From: Candidatus Binatia bacterium
GTDB lineage: Bacteria; Desulfobacterota; Binatia; UBA12015
Reading direction: 5' to 3'
Length of the DNA stretch: 64,000 bases
Assembly: GCA_036563615.1 (NCBI GenBank)
Contig: DATCMB010000010.1
Span: 7,516 to 71,515 of the forward strand
The position numbers and the translations under genes were made by a program. The notes beneath the pieces were generated by a model, which was not told the DNA's origin, did not search any database, and saw only the letters and a list, made by a program, of their open reading frames with translations. Position 1 is the stretch's first letter, and each line of letters opens with the position of its first letter. This document shows, in pieces, positions 55,519 through 64,000 of the stretch.

Positions 55519-56790
55519 TCAGGCGCCCTCTCCCGACTCCGCCGCGACGTCGAGCGACGTCAGCATGTGGCCGAGCTTCGCCCGCTTGGTGCGCAGGTAG
55601 CCGATGTTGAGATCGTGCGGCCGGACCTCGAGCGGGACGCGCTCGACGACCTCGATGCCGTAGTTCGTGAGGCCGCTGATCTTGCGCGTGTTGTTGGTCA
55701 GCAGCTTGACGCTCGAGATGCCGAGGTCGCGCAGGATCTGCGCGCTGATGCCGTAGTCGCGCGGGTCGTCGGTGAAGCCGAGCTTGAGGTTCGCCTCGAC
55801 GGTGTCGAGCCCCTGGTCCTGCAGCGCGTAGGCGCGGATCTTGTTCGCGAGCCCGATGCCGCGTCCCTCCTGGTGGAGGTAGACCAGCACGCCGCGGCCG
55901 GCCGCGTTGATCATCCGCATCGCCGCCTCGAGCTGCTCGCCGCAGTCGCAGCGGCGCGAGCCGAGGACGTCACCCGTCAAGCACTGCGAGTGCACGCGGA
56001 CCAGCACCGGCTCGCCCGGCTTCGGTCGTCCGCGCACGAGCGCCATGTGCTCGCTGTCGTCGACCTTGTTGCGGTACGCGATCGCGCGGAAGCGTCCGCC
56101 GTAGGCGCTCTCGAGCTCCTTCTCGTCGAGGCGCTCGACCAGCAGCTCGGTGCGCAGGCGGTGCTGCACCACCGCCTCGACCGACACCATCTTGAGCTTG
56201 TGCTTGCGCGCGAACGCGAGCAGCATCGCGCCGCGCGCGATCTCGCCCTCGGGATCGAGCACCGTGCACACCGTCGCCGCGGGACGCAGCGCCGCGAGGC
56301 GCACGACGTCGAGCGCGGCCTCGATGCGTCCCGGACGCTCGAGCACGCCGCCCGGCGCGACCTGGATCGGCGGCACGTGGCCCGGCATGACGATGTCGTT
56401 CGGCCCGCTGCGCTCGTCGATCGCGACCCGGATCGTCGCCGCGCGGTCCGCGGCCGAGATGCCGGTCGACACCCCGCGCCGCGCCTCGAACGACGTCCCG
56501 TAGGGCACGCACTCGCCCGCCGTGCGGTCGGCCGGCATGAGCGGGATGCCGAGGCGCTGCATCGCCGTCGGCAGCATCGCGAGGCAGACGAGCGCCCGCG
56601 CGTGCACCGCCATGAAGCTGATGTGCTCGGGGGTCGTGAGCTGGGCGGCGACGCAGAGCTCGCCCTGCCGCGGGTCGTCGAGGTCGTCGACGACGAGAAT
56701 CATGCGGCCCGCCGCGAGATCCGCGATCGCGGCCTGCAGCGTGTGCTCGCCGCGCGCGATGCGGCTCTTCACTTCTCCCGTCGGCTTCAT
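55519..56790 (-). CDS. ribBA: Bifunctional 3,4-dihydroxy-2-butanone-4-phosphate synthase / GTP cyclohydrolase II
   Basis: DHBP synthase N-half and GCHII C-half with the Cys zinc site CLTGDVLGSRRCDCG. Confidence 0.95.
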   Translation of the reverse strand: MKPTGEVKSRIARGEHTLQAAIADLAAGRMILVVDDLDDPRQGELCVAAQLTTPEHISFMAVHARALVCLAMLPTAMQRLGIPLMPADRTAGECVPYGTSFEARRGVSTGISAADRAATIRVAIDERSGPNDIVMPGHVPPIQVAPGGVLERPGRIEAALDVVRLAALRPAATVCTVLDPEGEIARGAMLLAFARKHKLKMVSVEAVVQHRLRTELLVERLDEKELESAYGGRFRAIAYRNKVDDSEHMALVRGRPKPGEPVLVRVHSQCLTGDVLGSRRCDCGEQLEAAMRMINAAGRGVLVYLHQEGRGIGLANKIRAYALQDQGLDTVEANLKLGFTDDPRDYGISAQILRDLGISSVKLLTNNTRKISGLTNYGIEVVERVPLEVRPHDLNIGYLRTKRAKLGHMLTSLDVAAESGEGA

Positions 56791-56797
56791 GGTGTTC

Positions 56798-57916
56798 TCA
56801 GCGGGCCTCGACGCGCGCCGTGTGCAGGAGATCGTCGCCTACGCGCTCGACCCGCAGATCGGCGAGGGGATAGGCGCCCTGCAGCGAGCGCACGCCCAAC
56901 GGACCGATCATCGGCAAGCCGTCGCCCCCGATCAAGAGCGGCGCCGAGAACCAGCAGAGCTCGTCGACCAGACCGTTCGCGAGCAGCGCCGCGGCGAGCC
57001 CGGAGCCGCCCTCGACGAGGACCGACGTCACGTCGCGCTCGCCGAGCTTCCGGAGCAGCTTGGCGAGGTCCAGGTGAGCGCCGCGCGCCGGCACCGGGAT
57101 CAGCTCGGCGCCGCGCCGCACGAGGCGACGTGCGCGCGCGGCGTCGTGGCGCGTGCGGGTCGCGATCCACACGGGACCCGAGCCCGCGCGCAGCAGGCGC
57201 GCCGTCGGCGGGGTGCGCAAGCCGCCGTCGACCACCACGCGCACGGGATCGCGCCCACCCGCGCGGCGACACGTGAGCTCGGGGTCGTCCGCGAGCAGGG
57301 TTCCCGAGCCGACCATCACGGCGTCCATCTCGTCGCGCCAGCGGTGCACGAGACGGCGCGCGTCGGGGCCGGTGATCCAGCGCGAGGCGCCGGTCCGCGT
57401 CGCGATGCGCCCGTCGGCCGAGGCCGCGAGCTTGAGGCGCACGAACGGACGACCGGTCGTGACGTGGCACGCGAAGCCGCGGATCAGCTCCTCGCCCGCT
57501 TCCGCCTCGAGGCCGGTCTCGACCTGGATGCCGGCGCGGCGGAGCATCGCGATGCCGCGCCGACGCACGACGGGGTTCGGGTCGGGCACCGCGATCACCA
57601 CCCGCTTGACGCCCGACGCGATCACCTGCGGGGCGCACGGCGGCGTGCGTCCGGTGTGCGTGCACGGCTCGAGCGTCAAGTAGAGCGTCGCGTCGCGCGC
57701 CTCCTTGCCGGCCGCGGCGAGCGCGATCACCTCGGCGTGCGCGGTTCCGGCGCGCTTGTGCCACCCCGTCCCGACGACGCGTCCGCCGCGCACCACGACG
57801 GCGCCGACCGGCGGGTTCGGCCGCGTGCGACCCAGGCCGCGCCGCGCGAGCGCGAGCGCGTGCCGCATGTGCTCGACGTCCTGCGCGGACCAGTGCGGTC
57901 CCGTCTCCCGGCGCAT
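56798..57916 (-). CDS. ribD: Bifunctional riboflavin deaminase/reductase RibD
   Basis: CMP/dCMP deaminase zinc motif HAEVIAL...LEPCTHTGRTPPC plus a reductase domain. The ATG overlaps the nrdR stop (TGATG). Confidence 0.9.
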   Translation of the reverse strand: MRRETGPHWSAQDVEHMRHALALARRGLGRTRPNPPVGAVVVRGGRVVGTGWHKRAGTAHAEVIALAAAGKEARDATLYLTLEPCTHTGRTPPCAPQVIASGVKRVVIAVPDPNPVVRRRGIAMLRRAGIQVETGLEAEAGEELIRGFACHVTTGRPFVRLKLAASADGRIATRTGASRWITGPDARRLVHRWRDEMDAVMVGSGTLLADDPELTCRRAGGRDPVRVVVDGGLRTPPTARLLRAGSGPVWIATRTRHDAARARRLVRRGAELIPVPARGAHLDLAKLLRKLGERDVTSVLVEGGSGLAAALLANGLVDELCWFSAPLLIGGDGLPMIGPLGVRSLQGAYPLADLRVERVGDDLLHTARVEAR

Positions 57917-58485
57917 CAGCCGCGCTGGGCCCGTCGCGAGTTCGGCCGCGCCGCAGGCTTGGCCTTGGCGGCGGCGCCCGTGGCGCGCTTCCGGGGCGGC
58001 GGCGCCTGCTCGCGCTGCGCGCGCTGGCTGCGACGCTCGCGGATGATCTCCTCGAGCTCGTCCATGAACTCGTTGACGTCCTGGAACGAGCGGTAGACCG
58101 ACGCGAAGCGGACGTAGGCCACGGTGTCGAGCTCGTAGAGCGCCTGCATCACCGCCTCGCCGATCATCGAGCTCGGCACCTCGCGCTCGCCGCGGTCGAG
58201 CATCTTGCGCTCGATGCCGTCGACCACCTGCTCGATCGCTTCGAGGCTGACCGGCAGCTTCTCGCAGGCCTTCTTGAGGCCCGCGACGATCTTCAGCCGG
58301 TCGAACGGCTCACGCCGGCCGTCCTTCTTGATGACCGCCGGCAGGTACTCCTCGACCCGCTCGTAGGTCGTGAAGCGCCGCCCGCACTTCTCGCACTCGC
58401 GCCGCCGGCGGATGACGTCGCCGTCCTTGCCCAGCCGCGAGTCGATGACGCGGTTGTTGAGGTCCCGGCAGGCGGGGCACTTCAT
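57916..58485 (-). CDS. nrdR: Transcriptional repressor NrdR
   Basis: Zinc ribbon MKCPAC...[12 protein letters not shown] and an ATP-cone. Confidence 0.95.
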   Translation of the reverse strand: MKCPACRDLNNRVIDSRLGKDGDVIRRRRECEKCGRRFTTYERVEEYLPAVIKKDGRREPFDRLKIVAGLKKACEKLPVSLEAIEQVVDGIERKMLDRGEREVPSSMIGEAVMQALYELDTVAYVRFASVYRSFQDVNEFMDELEEIIRERRSQRAQREQAPPPRKRATGAAAKAKPAARPNSRRAQRG

Positions 58486-58498
58486 GGCGTCTCGGCCG

Positions 58499-59749
58499 TC
58501 AGTGCCGGTAGAGCGGGAAGCGGCGGCAGAGCGCGGTGGTCTCCTCCGCGATCTTGGCGAGCGCCGTCTGGTCGCCGACGTGCGACAGCGCCCGCGCGAT
58601 CAGGTCGGCGATCTGATCCATCTCGGGCTCGCGCATGCCGCGGGTGGTGACCGTCGGCGTGCCCATGCGCAGGCCGCTGGTGACGAACGGCGAGCGCGGG
58701 TCGAACGGCACCGTGTTGCGGTTCGCGGTGATGCGCGCCTGATCGAGCGTCTCCTGCGCGACCTTGCCGGTGATGTCGCTCTTGCGCAGGTCGATCAGCA
58801 GGAGGTGGTTGTCGGTGCCGCCCGAGACCAGGCGGAAGCCGCGCCGCGTGAGGCCCTCGGCGAGCGCCTTCGCGTTCTTCACCACCTGCTTCTGGTAGTC
58901 GCGGAAGGCGGGCTGCGCCGCCTCGTGCAGGGCGACCGCCTTCGCGGCGATGACGTGCATCAGCGGTCCGCCCTGGTTGCCCGGGAAGACCGTGCTGTTG
59001 ATCGCCTTCTCCTCGCTCGCGCGGGCGAGGATCATGCCGCCGCGCGGGCCGCGCAGCGTCTTGTGCGTCGTCGTGGTGACGAACTCCGCGTACGGCACGG
59101 GCGACGGATGCTCGCCGGCCGCGACCAGCCCCGCGAAATGCGCCATGTCGACCATCAGCTTGGCGCCGACCTCGTCGGCGGCCTCGCGGAACGGCGCGAA
59201 GTCGACGATGCGCGGGTACGCGCTGTGGCCGGCGACGATCAGCTTCGGCCGGTGCTCGCGCGCGAGCTTGCGCACCGCATCGTAGTCGATGCGCTCGTCC
59301 TCCTCGCGCACCCCGTACGGCACGACCTTGAACCACTTACCGGAGAAGTTCGCCGGGTTGCCGTGGGTCAGGTGCCCGCCGTGCTGCAGATTCATCGCCA
59401 GGATCGTGTCGCCCGGCTGCAGCTGCGAGAAGTAGACCGCCATGTTCGCCTGCGAGCCGGAGTGCGGCTGCACGTTGACGAACTCGGCGCCGAACAGGGC
59501 CTTCGCCCGGTCGATCGCGAGCTGCTCGACGACGTCGACGTGCTCGCAACCGCCGTAGTAGCGCTTGCCGGGATAGCCCTCGGCGTACTTGTTGGTGAGA
59601 ACCGAGCCCTGAGCCTCGAGCACCGCGCGGCTCGCCGCGTTCTCCGACGGGATCAGCTCGAGGTTGTCCTCCTGGCGTCGGCGCTCGCGGGCGATCGCGG
59701 CCGCGATTTCCGGATCGACGTCGGCGAGAGATGCGTCGATCGAGCTCAC
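58499..59749 (-). CDS. glyA: Serine hydroxymethyltransferase
   Basis: PLP lysine motif [14 protein letters not shown]. The GTG start overlaps the acpP stop (GTGA). Confidence 0.95.
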   Translation of the reverse strand: MSSIDASLADVDPEIAAAIARERRRQEDNLELIPSENAASRAVLEAQGSVLTNKYAEGYPGKRYYGGCEHVDVVEQLAIDRAKALFGAEFVNVQPHSGSQANMAVYFSQLQPGDTILAMNLQHGGHLTHGNPANFSGKWFKVVPYGVREEDERIDYDAVRKLAREHRPKLIVAGHSAYPRIVDFAPFREAADEVGAKLMVDMAHFAGLVAAGEHPSPVPYAEFVTTTTHKTLRGPRGGMILARASEEKAINSTVFPGNQGGPLMHVIAAKAVALHEAAQPAFRDYQKQVVKNAKALAEGLTRRGFRLVSGGTDNHLLLIDLRKSDITGKVAQETLDQARITANRNTVPFDPRSPFVTSGLRMGTPTVTTRGMREPEMDQIADLIARALSHVGDQTALAKIAEETTALCRRFPLYRH

Positions 59750-59982
59750 TTGTGGCTTTCGATGTAGGCGACGACGTCACCGACGGTGCGGATCTTCTCC
59801 GCTTCCTCGTCGGAGATCTCGAGGTCGTACTCCTCCTCGAGCGCCATCACGAGCTCGACGATGTCGAGCGAGTCCGCTCCGAGGTCCTCGATGAACGAAG
59901 CGTTCGGCTGCACCTCGTCCTCGCTGACGCCGAGCTGCTCGCAAACGATCTCTTTGACCTTCGCCTCGACTGCTGAAGCCAT
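59746..59982 (-). CDS. acpP: Acyl carrier protein
   Basis: ATG with a GGGGAGGAAAC Shine-Dalgarno sequence. Phosphopantetheine site DLGADSLD. 78 aa; the ORF track's 9-codon upstream extension was rejected. Confidence 0.95.
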   Translation of the reverse strand: MASAVEAKVKEIVCEQLGVSEDEVQPNASFIEDLGADSLDIVELVMALEEEYDLEISDEEAEKIRTVGDVVAYIESHK

Positions 59983-60096
59983 GGAGTTTCCTCCCCTGCC
60001 CTGGTCCACCGGGTCCGAGCGCGTGATTTGGGCTCGCTTTACCGTGTCGCGGCCGTGCGCGCCACAACGTGGCGCCGTACGGCCGCGAGCGTTGTC

Positions 60097-60852
60097 TCAC
60101 ATGTACATCCCGCCGTTGATGGCGAGGACGTGGCCGGTGATGTAGCCGGCCGTCGGGCCGGCCAGGAACGCCACCGCGGCGGCCACCTCCGCGGCGGTGC
60201 CGAGTCGGCCGAGCGGAATGGTGCTCAGGTACGTGCTGCGCACCGCTTCCGGCAATGCGGCCGTCATCTCGGTGTCGATGAAGCCCGGCGCCACCGCGTT
60301 GACGGTGACGTTGCGCGACGCGAGCTCGCGCGCGAGCGCGCGGGTGAAGCCCTCGACGCCGGCCTTGGTCGCCGCGTACGGCGCCTGCCCGGCGTTGCCG
60401 ATCGCGCTGACGACCGAGGTCACGTTGATGATCCGGCCCGAGCGCGCGCGCACCATCGACCGCGCGGCGGCCTTGCTGCAGTGGAAGACGCCGCTGAGAT
60501 TGACGGCGAGGATGCGCTCCCAGTCCTCGGTCTTGTAGCGCAGCACGAGACCGTCGAGCGCGATGCCGGCGTTGTTCACCAGGATGTCGAGCCGGCCGCG
60601 CTCGTTCACCAGACCGGAGATGGCGGACGCGCTCGCCTCGGGGTCGGCGACGTCGAAGCGCAGCGGCGCCGCGCTGCCGCCCGCGGCCGTGATCGCCGCG
60701 ACGCACTCGTCGGCCGCTTGCTGGTTGCTGTTGTAGTTGACGGCGACGTGCGCGCCCTGGCGGGCGAGCTCCTCGGCGATCGCTCGGCCGATGCCGCGCG
60801 AGGCGCCGGTGACGAGCGCGACCTGTCCTGCGAGGGGCCGTGCGTCGCTCAT
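60097..60852 (-). CDS. fabG: 3-oxoacyl-[acyl-carrier-protein] reductase
   Basis: SDR motifs TGASRGIG, NNAG, and YAATKAG. The ATG overlaps the fabD stop. Confidence 0.95.
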   Translation of the reverse strand: MSDARPLAGQVALVTGASRGIGRAIAEELARQGAHVAVNYNSNQQAADECVAAITAAGGSAAPLRFDVADPEASASAISGLVNERGRLDILVNNAGIALDGLVLRYKTEDWERILAVNLSGVFHCSKAAARSMVRARSGRIINVTSVVSAIGNAGQAPYAATKAGVEGFTRALARELASRNVTVNAVAPGFIDTEMTAALPEAVRSTYLSTIPLGRLGTAAEVAAAVAFLAGPTAGYITGHVLAINGGMYM

Positions 60853-61784
60853 GCCCGCACCCTCTCGAGCGCGGCCCGCACGCCGGCGACGTCGTCCGTC
60901 GGCACGCAGGTGAACTGCGGCGCGATCCGCCGCAGGAGCCCGCACAGCACCTTGCCCGGCCCGGCCTCGATGCCGGTGTCGGTGCGTGCCGCGACGCCGC
61001 GCGCGCAGTCCTCCCAGCGGACCGCCGCGGTGATCTGCGCGCAGAGCTTCGCGCGCACGTCGCCGGCGCTCGCGTAGGGCTCGCCGTCGACGTTGGCGAG
61101 CACGGTGCCGCGCGGCGCCTTCACCGGGACGTCACGCAGCAGCTCCGCCATCCGCTCGCGCGCCGGCTCCATCAGCGGGCTGTGGAAGGGAGCGCTGACC
61201 TTGAGCCGCATCGCGCGTACGCGGCGCGCCGCGGCCGCCTTCTCGAGGCGCTCGACCGCGGTCGCGTGCCCGGACACCACGATCTGGCCCGCGCCGTTGA
61301 TGTTCGCCGGGACCACCATTTCGCCCTCCGTGCTCGCGCCCGCGCACAGCTCGGACGCGACCTCGAGGTCCGCGCCGAGCAGCGCCGCCATCGCGCCGAC
61401 GCCCGGCGGCACCGCCTCCTGCATGAAGCGTCCGCGGGCGCGCACCGCGCGGACCGCGTCCGCGAGCGCGATCGCCTCCATCGCGACCAGCGCCGACCAC
61501 TCGCCGAGGCTGTGCCCGGCTGCGACCTCGGGCACGATGCCGCCCTCGCTCGCGAGCACGCGCGTGATCGCGATCGAGGTCACGAGCAGCGCGGGCTGCG
61601 CGTTCTCGGTGAGCGTGAGCTCGTCCTCGGGGCCCTCGAAGCAAAGCTTGCTCAGCGACTCGCCGAGCGCCGCGTCGGCCTCGTCGAACGTCTCGCGCGC
61701 GACGGCGAACTCGCGGCACAGGTCCTCGCCCATGCCGACGCGCTGCGAGCCTTGCCCCGGGAAGAGCAGCGCCGGTGCGCTCAT
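60849..61784 (-). CDS. fabD: Malonyl CoA-acyl carrier protein transacylase
   Basis: LFPGQGSQ and the active site GHSLGE. Confidence 0.95.
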   Translation of the reverse strand: MSAPALLFPGQGSQRVGMGEDLCREFAVARETFDEADAALGESLSKLCFEGPEDELTLTENAQPALLVTSIAITRVLASEGGIVPEVAAGHSLGEWSALVAMEAIALADAVRAVRARGRFMQEAVPPGVGAMAALLGADLEVASELCAGASTEGEMVVPANINGAGQIVVSGHATAVERLEKAAAARRVRAMRLKVSAPFHSPLMEPARERMAELLRDVPVKAPRGTVLANVDGEPYASAGDVRAKLCAQITAAVRWEDCARGVAARTDTGIEAGPGKVLCGLLRRIAPQFTCVPTDDVAGVRAALERVRA

Positions 61785-63196
61785 TTGTCCCTCGTGTCCC
61801 TCGACGGTGCGTCGGCGGGCTCGTCCGCCGACGCTTCGGACGGGCGCGGATCCGCGCTCTCGGGTGTGGTCTCCGGCTCCGGCGACGACGACGCCGCGGT
61901 CTCTCGGCTCGCCGTGCTCGGCGTGCTCGCTGCGCTCGACGCACTCGACGCGCCGTCGCCCGCGCTCGGCGAGACGACCGGCGCGCTCGTGGCCACGGCG
62001 GCCGGCTGCGGCGGCTCCGGGCTCGCCGCGGGTTCGTTGCGCAGCGGCTCGGCGGTCGCGGGCGGCGCCGGCGGAGGTGGAGGAGGCGGCGCGGCCGGCT
62101 CGGCGGCACGCTCGCTCGCCTTGCCGTCGCGGCGCAGGCGCTCGCGGATCGACTGCCAGAAGCGGCGCGCGCGCGGCGTCTGCTCGGCGGCCGCGGAGGT
62201 GTCGAGGCCGACGGTCGCCGCGATGCCGCTCGCGACCTGCTGGGTGACACCGCTCTGCGCGAGGCTCGCCGCGACCGCGACCGCGTTGCGGATCGCGCGC
62301 GCATCCGACGAGCCGTGCGCCTTCACCGCGATGCCGTTCAGACCGAGCAGCAGCGCGCCGCCGGTCTCGCGGGCGTCGAGGTCGTGGCGCAGCGCCTCGA
62401 TGTCGCGCTTGAGCAGCAGGTAGGCGAGCTTGCCGCGCAGGCTACGCTCGAAGGTCGAGCGCAGGCGCTCGCCGATCAGCTTGCCGAAGCCCTCGAGGCT
62501 CTTCAGCACCAGGTTGCCGACGAAGCCGTCGCAGACCACGACGTCGGTCGAGCCGCTGTTGATCTCGCGACCCTCGACGTAGCCGACGAAGTTGATCGGC
62601 AGCTGGCGCAGCATCGGCGCCGCGGCGCGCACGAGGCTGTTGCCCTTGCTGTCCTCGAGGCCGTTCGAGAGCAGCCCGATCCGCGGCGCCGGGATCTGGC
62701 GCACGGCGCGCGCGTACGCGTCGCCCATGACCGCGAACTGCGTCAGGTGGATCGGTCGGCAGTCGACGTTGGCGCCGGCGTCGAGCAGGATCGTGTGGCC
62801 GCGCGGCGACGGCACCAGCACCGCGATCGCGGGACGCTCGACGCCCGGCGTGCGTCCGAGCAGGTGCGCGCCGAGCACCATGCCGGCGCCGGTGTTGCCG
62901 GCGAACACGAACGCCGCCGCCTCGCCGTCGCGCAGCGCGGTCAGGCCGACCCACATCGAGGAGTCCGCCTTGCGCAGCGCGGACGTCGGCGCCTCGTCCA
63001 TCGCGATCGTCTCGCTCGCGTGACGCACCTCGAGGTCGAGGTTCGTCGTGCGATGACGCTTCAGTTCCGGCTCGATGCGGGCGCGGTCGCCGACCAGCAG
63101 CACCGCGACGCCGAGCTCGCGCGCGGCCGCGACCGCGCCGTCGACCGTCGCTTGCGGGGCGAGGTCACCGCCCATCGCGTCGAGAGCGATCCGCAT
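61781..63196 (-). CDS. plsX: Phosphate acyltransferase PlsX with ~130-aa C-terminal Pro/Ala/Ser/Glu-rich low-complexity extension
   Basis: PlsX core MRIALDAMGGD...GNTGA. About 135 extra residues ([15 protein letters not shown]...SSASSAAS...) follow the usual C-terminus before the stop that overlaps the fabD start. Confidence 0.9.
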   Translation of the reverse strand: MRIALDAMGGDLAPQATVDGAVAAARELGVAVLLVGDRARIEPELKRHRTTNLDLEVRHASETIAMDEAPTSALRKADSSMWVGLTALRDGEAAAFVFAGNTGAGMVLGAHLLGRTPGVERPAIAVLVPSPRGHTILLDAGANVDCRPIHLTQFAVMGDAYARAVRQIPAPRIGLLSNGLEDSKGNSLVRAAAPMLRQLPINFVGYVEGREINSGSTDVVVCDGFVGNLVLKSLEGFGKLIGERLRSTFERSLRGKLAYLLLKRDIEALRHDLDARETGGALLLGLNGIAVKAHGSSDARAIRNAVAVAASLAQSGVTQQVASGIAATVGLDTSAAAEQTPRARRFWQSIRERLRRDGKASERAAEPAAPPPPPPPAPPATAEPLRNEPAASPEPPQPAAVATSAPVVSPSAGDGASSASSAASTPSTASRETAASSSPEPETTPESADPRPSEASADEPADAPSRDTRDK

Positions 63197-63231
63197 CGCT
63201 CAGCACCGCCCCCGTGCGCAGCGGGGCACGG

Positions 63232-63414
63232 TCATTCGCCGCGCGCTTCGATCACTTTCCTGCCGCGGTACACCCCGCAGCTCGGGCAGGCGCGATGCCG
63301 CAGCCGCGGCTCGCCGCACTGAGGGCACGCGATGAACGCGGGCGCCGACAGGGCGTGGTGCGAGCGCCGCTTGTTGCGCTTCGACACCGAGGTTCGTCTC
63401 TTCGGGACGGCCAT
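63232..63414 (-). CDS. rpmF: 50S ribosomal protein L32
   Basis: MAVPKRRTSVSKRNKRRSHHAL... with a C4 zinc ribbon CPQC...CPSC. Confidence 0.95.
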   Translation of the reverse strand: MAVPKRRTSVSKRNKRRSHHALSAPAFIACPQCGEPRLRHRACPSCGVYRGRKVIEARGE

Positions 63415-63551
63415 TTCTCAGTTTCCTTTCGTCGCGGTGCGGCTCGGGTCGGCGACGGCCCGACGATCCGCGTGTCCGCGTCGTCTCGCTCGGCCACGCG
63501 CTCGCCGGCGCGCCGGACAGGTCTAGCTGCGGCGCCTCCGCATCGGGGCGC

Positions 63552-64000
63552 TCACGGTTCCGTCCGCACCCGCACGCGCGAAAGCACGGCGAAGCGGGGA
63601 TCGGGCGACGCCGGGCTGCAGGTGCACGGGTCGGTGTTGCGATTCGTCCCGCAAGCGGGACACAGTCCACGGCAGTCCTCGCGGCACACCGCACGGGTCG
63701 GCAGCGCGAGGATCGCCTGCTCGCCGACGAGCGGCGTCAGGTCGATCTCGTCGCCGCTGTAGAAGCTGAGCGCGAGGTCCTCGGTCTTGAGCTCCTGCTT
63801 GACCTCGTGCGGCAGCGCCTTGGTGAGCACGAACTCGAACGGGGTCGCGAGCGGGAGCGAGAAGGTCTCGAGGCAGCGCGCGCAGGTGCCTTCGGCGACG
63901 GTGCTGCAGTGTCCCTCGAAGTACAGGTCGTCGCCCGCGCGGTAGTACGTGACGTCCACCTCGAGCGGGCTCGCGAGGCTGAAGTCGTGCGCACCGGCGT
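63552..64000 (-). CDS. yceD: YceD/DUF177 family protein (23S rRNA accumulation protein), 5' end beyond the window
   Basis: C-terminal Cys cluster CREDCRGLCPACG typical of DUF177, in the conserved position upstream of rpmF-plsX. The frame stays open to the window edge upstream of the GTG at 63959. Confidence 0.75.
   Translation of the reverse strand, partial: AGAHDFSLASPLEVDVTYYRAGDDLYFEGHCSTVAEGTCARCLETFSLPLATPFEFVLTKALPHEVKQELKTEDLALSFYSGDEIDLTPLVGEQAILALPTRAVCREDCRGLCPACGTNRNTDPCTCSPASPDPRFAVLSRVRVRTEP

Noticed and set aside
56787-57764. 325-aa ORF overlapping ribD in another frame, and similar shadow ORFs over purL, leuS and pyrD
   Set aside because: Shadow frames of well-supported genes. 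Their translations are Arg/Ala/Pro/Gly-rich with no motifs.

Overview
This is a ~70% GC, gene-dense chromosomal window from a Gram-negative (diderm) bacterium; LptE, a LolA-like protein, a YfgM-like protein and a lytic transglycosylase are present. About 75% of genes lie on the minus strand, so this is likely a leading-strand core-genome segment. Most of the window is conserved housekeeping operons on the minus strand:
- ffs-dnaX-ybaB-recR, followed by an apparently orphan secF.
- A long translationally coupled array: purF-purL-purQ-purS-purC-purB-dut-(M16 peptidase)-pnp-rpsO-truB-rbfA-infB-ylxR-nusA-rimP.
- nusB-leuS-lptE-holA.
- nrdR-ribD-ribBA-ribH.
- An unusual fatty-acid cluster, rpmF-plsX-fabD-fabG-acpP-glyA, with no fabH or fabF.

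RNA genes:
- tRNA-Arg(CCT).
- A small SRP RNA (ffs) immediately upstream of dnaX; the ORF track cannot show it.

Less ordinary content:
- A divergent NRDE(TANGO2-like) | MoxR-AAA+ / VWA(CoxE-like) / bifunctional-nuclease (BFN) module near the 5' end (about 2.9-6.9 kb).
- A dGTP triphosphohydrolase translationally coupled to a TPR protein.
- A TPR protein fused to a C-terminal cold-shock domain.
- A PlsX with a ~130-aa Pro/Ala/Ser-rich tail.
- A 1.8-kb island of three small hypothetical secreted/membrane proteins.
- An unlisted 56-aa membrane ORF upstream of greA.

No CRISPR arrays, transposases or integrases were seen. The ORF track contains many long antisense or spanning ORFs that are high-GC artefacts, for example 1190..4834 (+) and 33659..38113 (+). 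My hand-counting of the printed sequence sometimes disagreed with the ORF track by 1 nt; all coordinates follow the track and may be off by ±1-2.
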